This document shows, one piece after another, positions 1-13,160 of a DNA stretch of 64,000 nt; positions within the stretch are counted from its first letter, which is position 1; every line of letters begins with the position of its first letter. Source of the stretch: Euprymna scolopes. Its lineage: Eukaryota. Made by a program: the position numbers and the translations under genes. Below the pieces are notes generated by a model that saw only the letters and a program-made list of their open reading frames with translations, was not told where the DNA came from and searched no databases. The stretch lies in the NCBI GenBank assembly GCA_053919585.1, contig CM132784.1, one strand, 5' to 3'.

Positions 1-29
1 TAATATTAATTCTCGTCCATCTTCCTCGA

Positions 30-807
30 ATCAGTTAAAATATTCAGCTGATCTAGAAGTTGACCTGGATTATAGATTGGGGTAAGAAACTGCTTGTTTC
101 GTTTAATCCTGTTAGGACTCGCTTCCTGTCTTTCAATCATAGACGTATCCCTATTCGTCTTGAGATTTTTATGAATAGCGTAATTCTCAACCCTGAACCC
201 TCAGTGGTCTTTCTTTCTTATATTACATCCATTAGTCCTCTACTTCCGGTAAAATAGGTTATATCTTTCTAAACACTTTCTTCCACCAGAAACTATTCTT
301 TATCGTACTAATCCCCTATCAGCTCATGTATAGAATACATATGTGAACTGGTAAATCTTTGCCCCATTTGAGAGTTCTTGATAAGGTGCAGAAATGTACC
401 TGTAAACTAATTGATCTTAACATTTCTTCTCTGCAACTTCGCTCAGATACATAATGTAATGTAATGTATTTTAAGTGTACTGTCTTCTATAAATACTAGA
501 ATGACATGTGTTTTTTCAGAATTGTCTTATTTATTCCCTGCTTCCGTTGTTCGACTCGCTAGTCTAGTGGTCTCTATCGATTTGCTGTTTTGATAGCTTA
601 TTCTAACATAACTAGTAGTTTCTTTCCAAAAAATGCAACGTTATGGAACCATTTTTCTGCTCACTGATTGTCCAGCCTACAACATTTGTCTTTTCAAGAC
701 TAAGGTTAATAGGCATTTCCCCTCTTTGTGATAATTATCTTTCGTTCTTGTTAGCTGCTTACGTCAAGTAACTTCGAGCTTTGTCTCGATTTCAATTTAA
801 AAAAAAA
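30..807 (+). mobile_element. Degenerate 3' end of a CR1-group LINE (RT C-terminal region and 3' UTR)
   Basis: Translates to 'IIDWGKKLLVSFNP', followed by remnants resembling the C-terminal motifs of the better LINE copies in this window. Ends in an A-rich tail near 800. Confidence 0.75.
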
Positions 808-2871
808 TCTCAGGTGTAGAATCGTCAATCAATGAAAGGAAAATGACAACGTTTCTTCTGCGTTATTCCCTTTTATTTTCGAGATCGAACATTTGCACGC
901 AACAGCTGAGTCTTGCTGCAAGTTAACAAACAGCTGCGACTTACGAGAAGATCATCATGAAGACCAGGCGATTTTCATGATTTTTATTCTAGAAGTCCAA
1001 TTCATAACGACATTAACTTTTTGGAGGTTTTACGACGAGGTAAATAGTCACATATATGATTCTGACCAGGCTCAGCGTTGCTTAACTTCGGTGACCTAAC
1101 GAGAACCGGTGTGTCAATGTGATTATGGCGTATATTTTCAAGTTTCAGGAGAGATGGAAAACAATTATAGATTAGGCAATTCGTAAGAATAACAGTCTGA
1201 TTTTCATAAAGTAATGGATGCAATAGTATAATTTGACAAAGATAGTTTTCAGGGGAGATGGTCAATTATAGATTAATTGAGTGATGCGTATACATAAAAG
1301 TCGGATTTACAGAAATGTTTTGCTCTATTGGTTGTTATTAAAATGGAAGAGTGACTGATTCACTGTTGCCTGAGGTATATGATCTTGCATTCTGTGAAGT
1401 TATAGGAGGTCCATTCTCCCAGAATTTACCTTCTCGCCATTTGAGAAGGAATTAGATTATTGTTAATCACCCGAGTGGCCCTTATCGGGTAATGCTGAGG
1501 GAAGTCAAAGCATTTTTGCAAGGAAGCCTGCTCCCCCCCTAGAGCACTAGTTTTCAAACCACACTTTTCCAGCCTTGTATCACATTTCCCCGTGACGGCG
1601 AGGGAAAATAAATATCGAATCTTCAGGACAGATTGAAAAACACCATCCGTAAAAATACGAGTCTGGTTCTCATAAATAATCAAAGCTACCCAAGAACGCT
1701 ATGCCCTTCGAACCGAACTCAGTCAAAAAAAAAAAAAAAAAAAAAAAAAAAACTGACAATATAAAAAAAAAAACTTTACCTTTGAAGCTAGACAAATAAG
1801 AAATGTTATAGCAAGATGGTACAATCGAAAGAATCATTATTCTTAAAGATAGGACCCATCGCACCTCTTCCGAGTCGCTTCAGCTCCTACCCCCACCCGA
1901 GGGAATTCACACAATCATGCTTGGCCTGAATTGCTATGCAAATCAGTTAAGATTCTCATGCCGATAAACGCAAGATTCAAAATCAACTAAAAGAAAAAAA
2001 AAAAAGAAAAAAAGAAAAGCAAAAAAAAATTAAGATTACGAAATTACTACGAAATAAAAAAGCAAAACATAAAAGTCCCCCGCCTCCGATTTCTCGGACG
2101 TCGACTAAATCAACTAAAAGAATTGTTTAGGAAAAGCTTATTTGGCGATTCTCAACCCCGAATCTACTTTCATACCAGTCTCCATCTCCCCGTTACCCGT
2201 TTCGATTAACAAAGCCAATTATTTTTATCGTTTTATTCGCGCGCAATTTCGTCCCCGCCCATCACGCCTTTGCCTTTTTACGTCTCTCCATAAAAACGAC
2301 TGCGCAGTCGCAAACCTTCACAGGCAGACAGACAACAGCCATTCTGTGTCTTGCAAGACATTAGAACCGATATATAGTTAAACCACCATGACCTACTACA
2401 CTTCAACCACACATACATAAATACAGAAAGATATTTGAGATTTATATTTTAATAAACCATCCGGTTCACTATTTGATTTTGGTGTTTTTGTTTTTTTTTA
2501 AATTATTATTAAATATCTTATACTTTCTCCTTTATCTAACCCCTTCTCTCCTATATTACTTATCTGCTTCTCCATAAAGACCAACTGTAACATAAAGTTG
2601 AGTTTAATTTGGCGTTTAGGCAGTACGTCCATTATTCAGTACAAAAAGGATACTACTAGCTCTTTGAGGTTTGATAATAGTCACTGATTGGACCAATGAA
2701 CGATGTTGCTAAATGATCATAATTTAACAAAATATTATACACCGTTACTCAGTTTTTTAAAATTGTATAGATTATATAGAAAGTAAAAGACTATGTAGTA
2801 AAAAAAGAAAGAATATTAAAAAGGAAAAGAACAAAGATACTTAATGGAAAGGGAAATTACAAATGAGGGAA

Positions 2872-3262
2872 AGAAATATAGAAATTGTCCCAGACAAGGC
2901 ATGGAGCCACTTGATATAAGGAGCTAATAAGAACGAAATACGATTATCACAAGACAGGAAATGACTTTTTGCCTTAATCTTGAAAAGACCAAAATTATAT
3001 GTGGAAAGAATATAGTCAGCAGGAAGAGAGTTCCACAAGTCTTGCCACAATAACAGGAAGTTGTATTAGAACAAGGTATCAGAACAACGAATTGAAGGAG
3101 ACCACTAGATCAACGTTAAATGAGCTTGAACATGTGGAGAAGAGAATAAATCTGACAATTTTGATAAGCACATGTCATAATAGTATTTATAGAAAAGACT
3201 GAGACTAATAATATTACGTCTATGTGAGAAAGGTTGCATAGGGGAAGAAAAGCTAGACCAAT
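2872..3262 (-). mobile_element. CR1-group LINE 3' fragment
   Basis: Minus-strand 'QPFSHRRNI', 'LFYKYY' and 'LWNSLPA' motifs, shared with the other LINE copies. Confidence 0.75.
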
Positions 3263-3439
3263 TACAGGTATGTTGCTGAACCCCTGAAATAGAACAGGGG
3301 GGAAAATAATGAGAAACGCGAATAAAAATGTTGAAGGACAGAAAAATAAGTTGAAGAAAGAATAAACCGGAGAAAAAGGAGAATGAAAACAAAGATGAAA
3401 AATAGAAAGAAGGGTAGGCTCTCTCTTTCTCCCCCCCTC

Positions 3440-3600
3440 TCTCTCTCTCTCTCTTCACTGATTTATTATATTGTATCCAATATATATAATAATGATTTCA
3501 AAAGTTAAAAGAAAATGACTTCCGTGTCATCAGCTTGAATCGAAACAAACAGCGTTCCAGCCATAATCGTTATTTAGCGCTCCAACCTTTGTCATTACTA
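3440..3600 (-). mobile_element. Fragment of non-autonomous Helitron-like family H3
   Basis: Aligns by eye with 57295-57400 and, reversed, with about 11015-11100. Confidence 0.5.
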
Positions 3601-3603
3601 GAC

Positions 3604-3774
3604 CTATGACAACAGCATATTCTTTTCATTGTTTTAACTCTCTAGTATATATCCGACACAGTTAGACACAATTAATCAATCGAGGATCACATCACTCTAC
3701 ATAAAAAAACATAAGATATAAATGGATATATACCTGAGAATCAAAACAAGGAAAAGAATATTCTGTTGTCATAG
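3604..3774. repeat. Fold-back inverted repeat with ~50-bp arms
   Basis: ctatgacaacagcatattcttttc (3604) is nearly the reverse complement of gaaaagaatattctgttgtcatag (3751-3774). The match extends inward. Confidence 0.75.
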
Positions 3775-3977
3775 TCGGAGTCATTACCGAAGAAAAACGG
3801 CTTTAAACTAGAAATATATTTGCACGTATGTTCAGAAGTCAATCGATTTACTATTTTTTTTCAATATCGGCTGCTTAACTGCTATTTTAACAGGCTAAAA
3901 GATAAATCGAAAATGTTCCCGAGGACAAATACCTAGTTTAAAGTCTGTAGGCAAAATATTCAGAGAGGAGCTCGGTA

Positions 3978-4003
3978 AAAACGTTTCACACACGCACACT
4001 AGG

Positions 4004-4056
<53 letters not shown>

Positions 4057-4083
4057 CCCTGGTCTGCGTGTGTGAAACGTTTT
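3978..4083. repeat. Inverted repeat (~30 bp) enclosing (TA)n
   Basis: aaacgtttcacacacgcacactagggca ...(TA)n... tgccctggtctgcgtgtgtgaaacgttt. Confidence 0.85.
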
Positions 4084-4713
4084 TCACTCCAAACAAGGCA
4101 CACTGACACTTTAAAGTAGAGAGCTACTATCTGGAACATAAGTTGCAGGGACATCGTGAAGGGAGATGAGCAGCAAGATGTTTGTTTACATTCAACTACA
4201 TTTTGCATATCAGTACAGTTGGGAAAGCAGAATCCTGGAAGGGAGTTCCAAAGTCTAACAGTTTCTTTCCCAGAACTGCTAGAGTAGAAGGCTTTCTTGC
4301 ACCTAGGGTTCTCTAATATGTAGGGGTGGGATTCACTTGCTTGTCGGGTTTGTCAGATATATTTAGGTTGAGGGGATACAAGTTCTTGTAGTTCGTCAAA
4401 GCATTCACCATTAAAATACTTTTAGCAAAAGCAAAGGGATGCAACATTTCGTCGATGGGACAGAGGTTGAAGCTTAGGTGACAGTTTGGGACCTATCAGG
4501 TTGGCTACTCTCTTTTGAACCCTATCCAGGAGGGAAAGACTAGTAGCAGATGCACCAGCCCAAATGTGACAACAATACTCCATACATGGGCAAATGGTGG
4601 CCTTATAGAGGTACATGATACTTTCAGGCGTAGGTAGGTTTCTAGCACAGTAGAGAGAGGCCACCTTCTTCGCAGTGGTCTTAGCAATGCCCTCAATGTA
4701 TGTTCCAACTCAT
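4078..4713 (-). mobile_element. CR1-group LINE family A, 5'-truncated copy
   Basis: ORF 4422-4664 reads 'YLYKATICPCMEYCCHIWAGASATSLSLLDRVQKR...LSHRRNVASL', closely similar to 19145-20062. The 3' UTR is shared too. Confidence 0.92.
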
Positions 4714-4910
4714 ATCAAATATAAAAACATGGCCGTGTGATAGAACGTTTAATCCTAAATTCTACGCAACTATGCACAATGTAGAAACCATGCATAAAAA
4801 GAATTAATTGTAATAGTTAAATGAAACCAACTATCTAATGGGAAATCACAAAAAAATAATTATTAATTAATGAATGCTTGTTTTTCCAAGGAATATGTAG
4901 ACTCTAGAAT

Positions 4911-4980
4911 CCTGGTTTCGAATGTAACTAGATTCAGCGAAACTGAAGAGTCATAAATGATGAAACATGTCTGTGGATAA
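4911..4980 (+). ncRNA. Hammerhead ribozyme motif (type I, palindromic stem III) after a B-box-like motif; stem I degraded
   Basis: CTGAAGA (4943-4949), stem II GTCA-taaa-TGAT, GAAAC-AT-GTC (4962-4971), then TGTGG. GGTTTCGAAT lies at ~4914. Confidence 0.6.
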
Positions 4981-6429
4981 TTACATCATCTTTTCTCACA
5001 GACTATTAGGCAGATTTGGGTTAAATTTTGTATTGATATTTGTTATCATAAAGTGCAGCGAATTAAGTATCATGGTATCCGTTTGACGCACGGTTATGGA
5101 TTAATTGGGATTAGTTATCACAATCCCACATTTATTCTCATTTTCTCACGACAACAACTGGGAAGATCTGGCTGAAATTTTGTATAGGCATTTATCATGT
5201 TAAGGTGCAGCGAACTGAGTACTATGGTCCCCGTTAGATCTAGAGAAAGATTAACAGCGAATACTATTTAATGAAAAAATCAGTACAATTTAATCATATT
5301 GAACTATCAATTTGACATAAAATATTAATTCTAAGTCAACGGCCTATAACTTTCCCGTTTTTCATACAAGAGAGAAGAAGAGGTGAGGGAATATATATGC
5401 AAAGATAAAAAGGAGGAAATCATTGAACACAAGAATGAAAGACAGAAATAACCAAGGGAAAGAAAGAATAGTTTGAAATCGAAAGACGAGGAAATTTACA
5501 AACAAACAAAAAAGAAGCAGAAAAAAACCCCGATAAAAATAACAAACAAGGAGGAACAAGGAAAGAATAAAAAAAAATACAACAAACTACAAAAAAGTGT
5601 GCGTGGGTGAAAACATGAGAATAGTGTTGGGCAACTAACACTTTTTCGGCCATTATTTTTGGGCTTTGTTTAATTAGTAGTGAACAGACAAAAAATGAAA
5701 TGAAGATCTAAAAAAATGTTCAATTAAAAAAAAAAAACAATGACAAAAATAAGAGTTGAAAAAGAAAAAGTGCTACCTGTGAAAAAAAGAAAAGAAAAAA
5801 GATAAATAAAAAATGCAAATAATTTCAAATCAATTAAGGAACTGATCGAATTCATCCGGATCGACTTAAATAGCATCTATTTTTACCAGCACATCAACGA
5901 GTTTGCTCGACCTGTTGGTTGCGGAGAAGGGAGGGCGGAAAATATCGGCCGTGTTTGCCCATGGGGCCTTTTTTTTATAATTTTTTTTAAGGGAGATGTC
6001 TTTGATGTTCGAGCATGAAAAATGAATGACCATTCGGCCCCATCCATACCTGTTTTCATCAGCTAAAATGATTTTTGCTTTGCTATGCTTTATTTATTTC
6101 GTATTACCTTCGGTGACACGTTTTTGATTGAGAACCTCTGAAAGCAAACAGTTGTAAAAGCGGAGAGTAAATGCGGCCGATACAAAAAGGTAACAGAATA
6201 AAAAGCCTCGCTCCATACAATGAAAAGACATTTTCAATTATTTTAGACAACGAGTCGAAACCAACCGCATATATCCATTGTTCCCCCACTTTATTTCGAA
6301 AAAAAATCAGTGCATGCCCTTCCGAAAAGAGTACGTACGCCACGAAGTCTTTATAATAACACAACCGTTACACAAGCACCAAGTTTTAAAAAAATATCAA
6401 AGCCCACGAACACTTAACAATTGTGTTGT

Positions 6430-6732
6430 CTCGATATACTCCAGACTAACCTGACAAACAGCAACATTTCACCCCTTCATTGTTGAGGTCCCTAGATGTC
6501 CGAAAGGCTTTTACTCTAATACTTTCTTACCTGAGACTGCTAGACTTTAAAATTCCCTTCCTGGTTCCTGCTTCCCTGACTGTACTAACCTTGCAGAAGT
6601 TTATAATGTGAACAGACATCTCCCTGCTCAACTCCCCACAGGTCTCTGTTAGACACGATCCTAAATAAGAGCCCCTTATGTTCCATGTGGCAATATGTCT
6701 TGTTTAGGATAAAAAGTATTAAACAAAAAACA
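6430..6732 (+). mobile_element. CR1-group LINE 3' fragment (family A-related)
   Basis: Similar to 19855-20150 (gactgctagactt...aattcc; aatgtgaacagacatctc). Ends in an A tail. Confidence 0.8.
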
Positions 6733-6819
6733 TCTAATTCCCCACTGCTCATGTGTTTTGAATTTCGATGGATGCTCTAATAAGGAATGCTTGCACGTTT
6801 TTATAATAAAGCATAGGTT

Positions 6820-8752
6820 ACAGTTAAAGCTGCTTTCAGAACCGCCAGCAACCACTGTAAAAGAGTAATAAAAAATGCAAGAGAACTATATGCGCAATCC
6901 GTTAAGTTCAAAGTAGCTGAGCAGCGACTTGGTTCCCACCAGTTCTGGCAAATAGCAAATAGGATCTTGAACAGAAACGTGCGCTCTATCCCAACTATTA
7001 TCAATGGACCAGAGGTCATCTCGACAGCATCCGACAAGGCCAAATTATTTGCCAAAAACTTTGCGGCAAATTCTACCATGTGTGACGAAGGCCATCAACT
7101 CCCCATATTCCCTCCTATAACAGACAACACGCTATGCAACATACAAATATCTGTGCGTGAGGTGGCCAAGCTAATCAAGAACCTTGACTCCAGTAAAGAA
7201 ACTGGTCCCGACGGTATTCCAATTATAGCGTTAAAAAAATTACAACCAGAACTTGCCCCCATACTTTCCAAACTGTTTAAGCGTTGCCTTAAGGAGAAGT
7301 GCTTTCCAACACCTTGGAAAACCTCATCAGTATGCCCTGTATTTAAGAATTCAGGTGATAAGTCATCTCCCTCTCAGTACAGACCAATAAGTCTCCTGTG
7401 TGTCATGAGTAAGTTGCTGGAATCCACAATAAATAGAGAAGTAGTCAACCACCTCAGCAGAAATAACCTTCTTAGCGACACGCAATATGGTTTCCGCTCT
7501 GCTAGATCTACAGCAGATGTGCTAACGGTTATATCTCATAGGATTAGCGAATCTCTCGAAAAAGGCTTCCTTTCTAGGGCAATTGCTCCCGACATATCAA
7601 AGGCCTTCGATAAGGTTTGGCATAAAGGCCTACTATACAAGATTTCCAGCTACGGTATAACTGGAAATGTTTTCTCTATCATTAAGTCATTTCTCTCAGA
7701 TAGGCTCATAAGAGTAGTTGTTGATGGGCAGAAATCAAAGGCCCACAGTATTAATGCTGGAGTCCCTCAGGGGTTCATACTGGGCCCAACTCTCTTCCTG
7801 ATTTACATCAATGATCTCCCAAAACACATACTTAAATCATTCGTTGACATCTATGCTGATGACACGACCATCTATGGCAACACATCAAAGGCCGTAAATG
7901 ATGATGTTCTCTCTGATTCTCCCTCCGCTGATCTTGAGCGCGTGTTACAGTGGGGGAAGAGGTGGCTCCTATCTTTACATCATCAACGCTGATCCCCATC
8001 TGGCACCAATTGAAATTGATGGCTCTCGTCTAGGGGAAGTCCCACGTTTGGATAAGCTTCTGGGCTTGACCTTTATTCCTAACCTGAAATGGAACACGTA
8101 CATAAAGTTTATTGCCAAGGTCGCGGGGAAAATGGTGGTATCCTTCTACAGCTCCAGAACATATCTCACTGCTGATGCAATTCTCTATCTATATAAAAGC
8201 GAAGTACGTCCAAGGATGGAGTACTGCTGCCACATCTGGGTAGGAGCTGCTAAAAACAGCCTATCCTGCCTTGACAGAGTACAAAATAGGCTTCGTTGCT
8301 TAGTGGGGTATGCCCTTTTCTCTTTCTTGCAATCTCTCTCCCACAGGAGAGACGTCGCGAGCCTGTCTTTGTTTTATCGTTACTTCCATGGCAAGTGCTC
8401 GTCTGAGCCCTAATCCCTGCCCCCTCTCTTCGCCAATCATTCACGAAAAACACCCGTCTAGCTGAAACCTATGTAAAAATTTTCCCTCACTCTTTATCTG
8501 TGCCAAAACCAAAACGTAGATTCCATGAACAAAGCTTCTTTCTTAGAAGTGCATGCCTGTGAAACTGTTCCGCTTGCCTGTTTCCCACCTGACTACAACC
8601 TGGATGTCTTCAAGTCCAACATAAACAAATGCCTGATGAACAGCCCCCTTAAGTAAGACACTTTATCAAATCTCAACACTAGCGTACTGTACACGCAATA
8701 ACCCTCATCCTCGAATGGCTTCGGGGCCTTGATAAGTGGTGACCACCTTGTA
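6820..8752 (+). mobile_element. CR1-group LINE family B, 5'-truncated ~1.9 kb copy
   Basis: RT ORF2 remnant plus a 3' UTR ending gataagtggtgacc. Homologous to 26815-28930 (minus) and 13715-14252. Confidence 0.95.
6967..8413 (+). pseudogene. Frameshifted LINE reverse transcriptase (ORF2 fragment)
   Basis: RT motifs GPDGIP, QYRPISLL, QYGFR, DISKAFDKV, GVPQG and YADD in 6967-7992. Continues in another frame (7898-8413: RPRMEYCCHIW, LSHRRDVASL). Confidence 0.93.
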
Positions 8753-8764
8753 ATATATATATAT

Positions 8765-9040
8765 TATATTGAAAAAAAAATGAAAAAAATCGTTATACAT
8801 TTTGTATATTAAGCGTAGTTTATTTTTAATCAGTTTATATGCGTGTCACATTGTTACAGTTGTAACGCCCCCAGTTTTTAATGGTACAGTTCTGCTTTCG
8901 GTTTCCCTTCTAGCAGATGGCACCCAAAACCTTTTTTACTTTTGGAATCACGACTCTGTAATAATATATACTACATTTGGACAAATTAAAGTATAGTTAA
9001 GCGTATTTTACGACCGAGCAAAGCCGCCCCCGTCTGCTAG
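8765..9040 (+). mobile_element. Non-autonomous Helitron-like element, family H3
   Basis: Ends ccgagcaaagccg...ctgCTAG|t. The body matches 62400-62665. Confidence 0.65.
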
Positions 9041-10989
9041 TCATAAGTTTTAAACCAAATTTTTCTCTTTTATTATGAAGCTTATAGAGCAGTCAATGAA
9101 AAAAAAAAAAAAAACTAAAATAGAAACCACATTAAGCCCAAGAAATATAACGACAAGGTAGCAAATAATTGATATAAATTTTCTAGTTGATAGAAAAGAA
9201 AATCAGTTGTCTGCCTCTATTTTTCGGTCTTTTCGTTTTGTAAAACTTCCTCAAGTTTTATTACTTGTGTATACCATACACGAACTTTAACTGGTCTGTC
9301 TACCCGTTGGAACTCATTTTGTCTCACGGAAGATGCGTTAAATTTGATTACGACTATTATCCATTTCGGCTTAATGATTTGTTCTAAAATCAAGCTGGAT
9401 AACGAAAATAAATTCATCACTATGACCAATTTGCGACACTGGCTATGTATTATACATTATTCAATCTAAAATAAAAAATACAAATTTTAATTTTTTATAA
9501 AAGTAACCGAACTTTTGTAAACATCTGTCTTGTTTACATTCGCCTGACTTGGCTAACTAGTGATATATTCGACAAAAATTCTGTACAACGATATTATGCT
9601 AAATCGGATACAGAAGGTGTTGTTTTTCTTTTACCAGACCGATCTTGATGACTATTAGAAAAGTTGTTCACACCATTATAATTATATTAGTTATTCATTC
9701 AAATGTAGCTGCAGTTTTTATTACGTTAGAAGGGCCTCGCAAATATTAAACAGAGTCAAACAACACGTGCCCAGAAAAAAAAAATAACCAGGACAAATGT
9801 TTATCATCGGATGTTCTGAACAATGCATACGGGTCTTCCATCGCAGAACACCTAATAAATAGTCGAGCTTGTGTCTCCGATTTGAGTATTATCTTATTCT
9901 TCAAACTAAGTAAGTCGCACTCTCCGTTTCACCTTAAGATTTCAGAAACTATTTATATGATGTGTTTGCGATATTCTATAGGCAAACAAGAAATCTTTTC
10001 AGACTTAATTTAGTTTTTATTTAAGTGTTTTTCTCTTTCACTCGTTGTAAGTCTCACAGCATAAGTATTGTTGTCCTTTTAACCTTTACATTGATTTAGC
10101 TCTGTTGAACGAGTTTCAAAATCGATTATCTATCCATATCATTGGTTTATTTTCATCCATCATTCTTAGTTCAAATAAATATGATCTGTTCGTCACAATA
10201 AAGAATCTATTACTACAAATATATTATTTATTTATATAAACATTATTCGCTACATGTGCATACATGTTTTGCCTTCGAGCTGGATTTTACACTTAAATTA
10301 GATTTTAAATAGAAATCATTTTATATAAAATCCGGCTGTTATTTTCCACAGAAAAAGTGGATGAAACACCATTCTCTTTTTCCACCCCTTTTGCTTTTCA
10401 AATAACGGAACACTTTCGTATGAAAATAAATGCTATATACAATCTGGTTTCCTTGTAAAGATTCGGCCTGATGACTATGCATTTCGAAAGAAATCTCAAC
10501 AAAAATATGTATGCACATATGTAGCCAATAGTGTTTTAATAAAAGAATAGAAAATATACTGCAATAAAGCACCACTTGTTATTGAGCACTTTTTGATTAA
10601 CACCGGATTTTCATTAGGCTTATATCTAAGAAACCGAACCAATACAATCCTTGTATTTTATTTTAGAGGCGGCGAACTTAAAAGTGACAGCACTATTTTC
10701 TTTAATTGCAGATTTGGCTACTATCGACTATTTGGAATTAAGTTCTGTTTAAAAATTCATCACAAGGTTTCCGCAAGATGGAGCCACATTCCACACAATG
10801 CGATATAATGCGATTTAGCGAGAGAAATATTTGATAAACAAATAATTTCACGAAATGGACTTGTCAACTGTCCACTTCGTTCGTACGATTTAATCCTATT
10901 AGATTATTTTCTTTGCGGATATGTAAAGTCTCATATCTATGCTGACGAATCAGACACAACGTACCATAGTGCATAAAACTAATAGTAAC

Positions 10990-11322
10990 AACAAATCAGG
11001 CTAAACCACTATATGGTTTGCTTTCGATTCGAGCTGATAGTACCGAAGCATTTTTTTTAACGTTTAAAACCACTTATATTAAGTACAATATGATAATCAA
11101 AAGAGTATTGGCTTTAGAATAATGATGAGAAATCTGCATCAATTAAAATATCATATTTAAGCGTATTTTACAACCTGACCACGCCGAGAGACACTGCTAT
11201 ATATTGGGTACAATATAATAATCAATAGATAGGCTTTATAATAAGAAATGTGAAATCGGCATAAATTAAAATATGATGTTTAAGCGTATTTTACGATCAG
11301 GCAACAACGCACGATCTACTAG
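10990..11322 (+). mobile_element. Helitron-like family H3 remnant with two tandem 3' ends
   Basis: aagcgtatttt(t)ac occurs at ~11159 and ~11282. The second copy ends tctaCTAG|t. Confidence 0.55.
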
Positions 11323-11514
11323 TATGTATTAGTGTAGCATTACATTTTGATTTTATTCTATCCAAATAGTGCTCCATGCTACAAAGTCCTTATTAGTTGA
11401 ACTAATAGATATATAGGTTGACATTCCAAATCACATACGCTTCAATATAGTAATTCTTTGTACAAATAACTTGATAAATTAGGTTTGTGGAGGTAACAAA
11501 ACAAAACCCAAACT

Positions 11515-11682
11515 NNNNNNNNNNNNNNNNNNNNNNNNNNNNNNNNNNNNNNNNNNNNNNNNNNNNNNNNNNNNNNNNNNNNNNNNNNNNNNNNNNNNNN
11601 NNNNNNNNNNNNNNNNNNNNNNNNNNNNNNNNNNNNNNNNNNNNNNNNNNNNNNNNNNNNNNNNNNNNNNNNNNNNNNNNNN
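11515..11682. other. Assembly gap (other gaps: 12908-13160, 22574-22742, 35459-35589, 53773-53908)
   Basis: Runs of N. Confidence 1.
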
Positions 11683-12114
11683 TGTCGTAGAGAAAGTGAC
11701 GATACGTTAATGTCCTTCATTTCCGGCCCGCTTTTTAATTGTTGTCGGTCAGTTTGACAGGGTGCCTTGAGATAGTGTTTGAAAGCCACTTGTGTCTCAC
11801 ACTTTGTCCCTCGCAGACCAGTAATCATCTGAAGCCTCGCGGGTATGGAGACGTTAGGGTGGACAACATTCGTGGGCGAGTCGAAATTGCCTGAGAGGTG
11901 AGAGTCAAGACACATACGCTCTCGATTCTTCTCAGCTAATAAAGAATTTAATAAAACTGCAAAAAGGAACTAACCATAAATATCAACAGTACATTGACAA
12001 TCAATGTTCCCTCAAACCCAACAGCTTATTTAAAGCCACCTCGAAGACATGCGAATAATTTATTATGTCTGACATATGGTTTTATTAATAAACTAGCAAA
12101 ATAAACATAGGAAG

Positions 12115-12495
12115 TAGAACTGCCAACTATCAACTATATAGTTCAACTACATGTTTTGCTTTGATGCTTGGCTAAGCTAGCTGTAGAGCTGTCGTACAGC
12201 GAAACAGATTGGCTGTGGATGACGATATAAACCCCCATCTTAGGTTAAGTATTTTCATTAAATTATATCCTCTGTTGTTTAATTAGCTTAATACAAATCT
12301 CCTTGTTAGTAAATAAATAAATAGAGGATTTTAAAAGTGTCGGTCAATATTTTTAAAAGACATGGATATATAATTTACAAGCGTCGATACGATGGCTTTG
12401 AAAGTAAAACTGCCAGCTATCGATTAGATAGTTGTAAGTTGGGATGGATCATAGTCTAGTCGCACCGACGAGTTGTAATATAGCAAAACACTCTC
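12115..12495 (+). repeat. Two tandem degenerate copies of the family-1 hammerhead element
   Basis: 12181 ctgtaga-gctgt-cgt-acagc-gaaac...tgtggatgac and 12451 atagtctagtcgca-ccgacga-gttgt-aat-atagc-aaaac both align to 13324-13378. Each is preceded by aactgcca(a/g)ctatc. Confidence 0.65.
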
Positions 12496-12682
12496 TGCAA
12501 AAGCGAAACATATCAACTGGAATTTTGAAATTTCAGATTACAGATTGTATAATACTGTAAAGTTAAAGCCCACATTAGTATTAATATTTATAAGAACATT
12601 AAAAAAAAAAGATAAAGAAGCTCAATACATCAGAGAGAGCAATATTATAAACGAAAATTTGGAATTAAAATCAATAAATTAA

Positions 12683-12768
12683 AAAGTTTATGATAAATTT
12701 GGTATTCGACACGGAATACAAAAAAAAAATTTGTATTCCATGTCGAATAATAAATTTGTCGTAATTTT
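12683..12768. repeat. Inverted repeat/hairpin with ~40-bp arms
   Basis: tattcgacacggaatacaaa ... tttgtattccatgtcgaata, with flanking extension. Confidence 0.8.
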
Positions 12769-12836
12769 TAAAATATACTGAATTTAATTAATATATATTT
12801 TTGGCTTGGTGCAAAAATGTTTTTTCACGTTCAAAT

Positions 12837-12896
<60 letters not shown>

Positions 12897-13160
12897 ACCC
12901 CCAGAAANNNNNNNNNNNNNNNNNNNNNNNNNNNNNNNNNNNNNNNNNNNNNNNNNNNNNNNNNNNNNNNNNNNNNNNNNNNNNNNNNNNNNNNNNNNNN
13001 NNNNNNNNNNNNNNNNNNNNNNNNNNNNNNNNNNNNNNNNNNNNNNNNNNNNNNNNNNNNNNNNNNNNNNNNNNNNNNNNNNNNNNNNNNNNNNNNNNNN
13101 NNNNNNNNNNNNNNNNNNNNNNNNNNNNNNNNNNNNNNNNNNNNNNNNNNNNNNNNNNNN

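Noticed and set aside
3505-3545. Minus-strand B-box-like motif followed by CTGATGA
   Set aside because: No stem II or GAAA follows. The sequence belongs to Helitron family H3, and the motif is not kept in other copies.
10465-10500. CTGATGA...GAAA hammerhead-like spacing
   Set aside because: No pairing for stem II or stem I; most likely chance.
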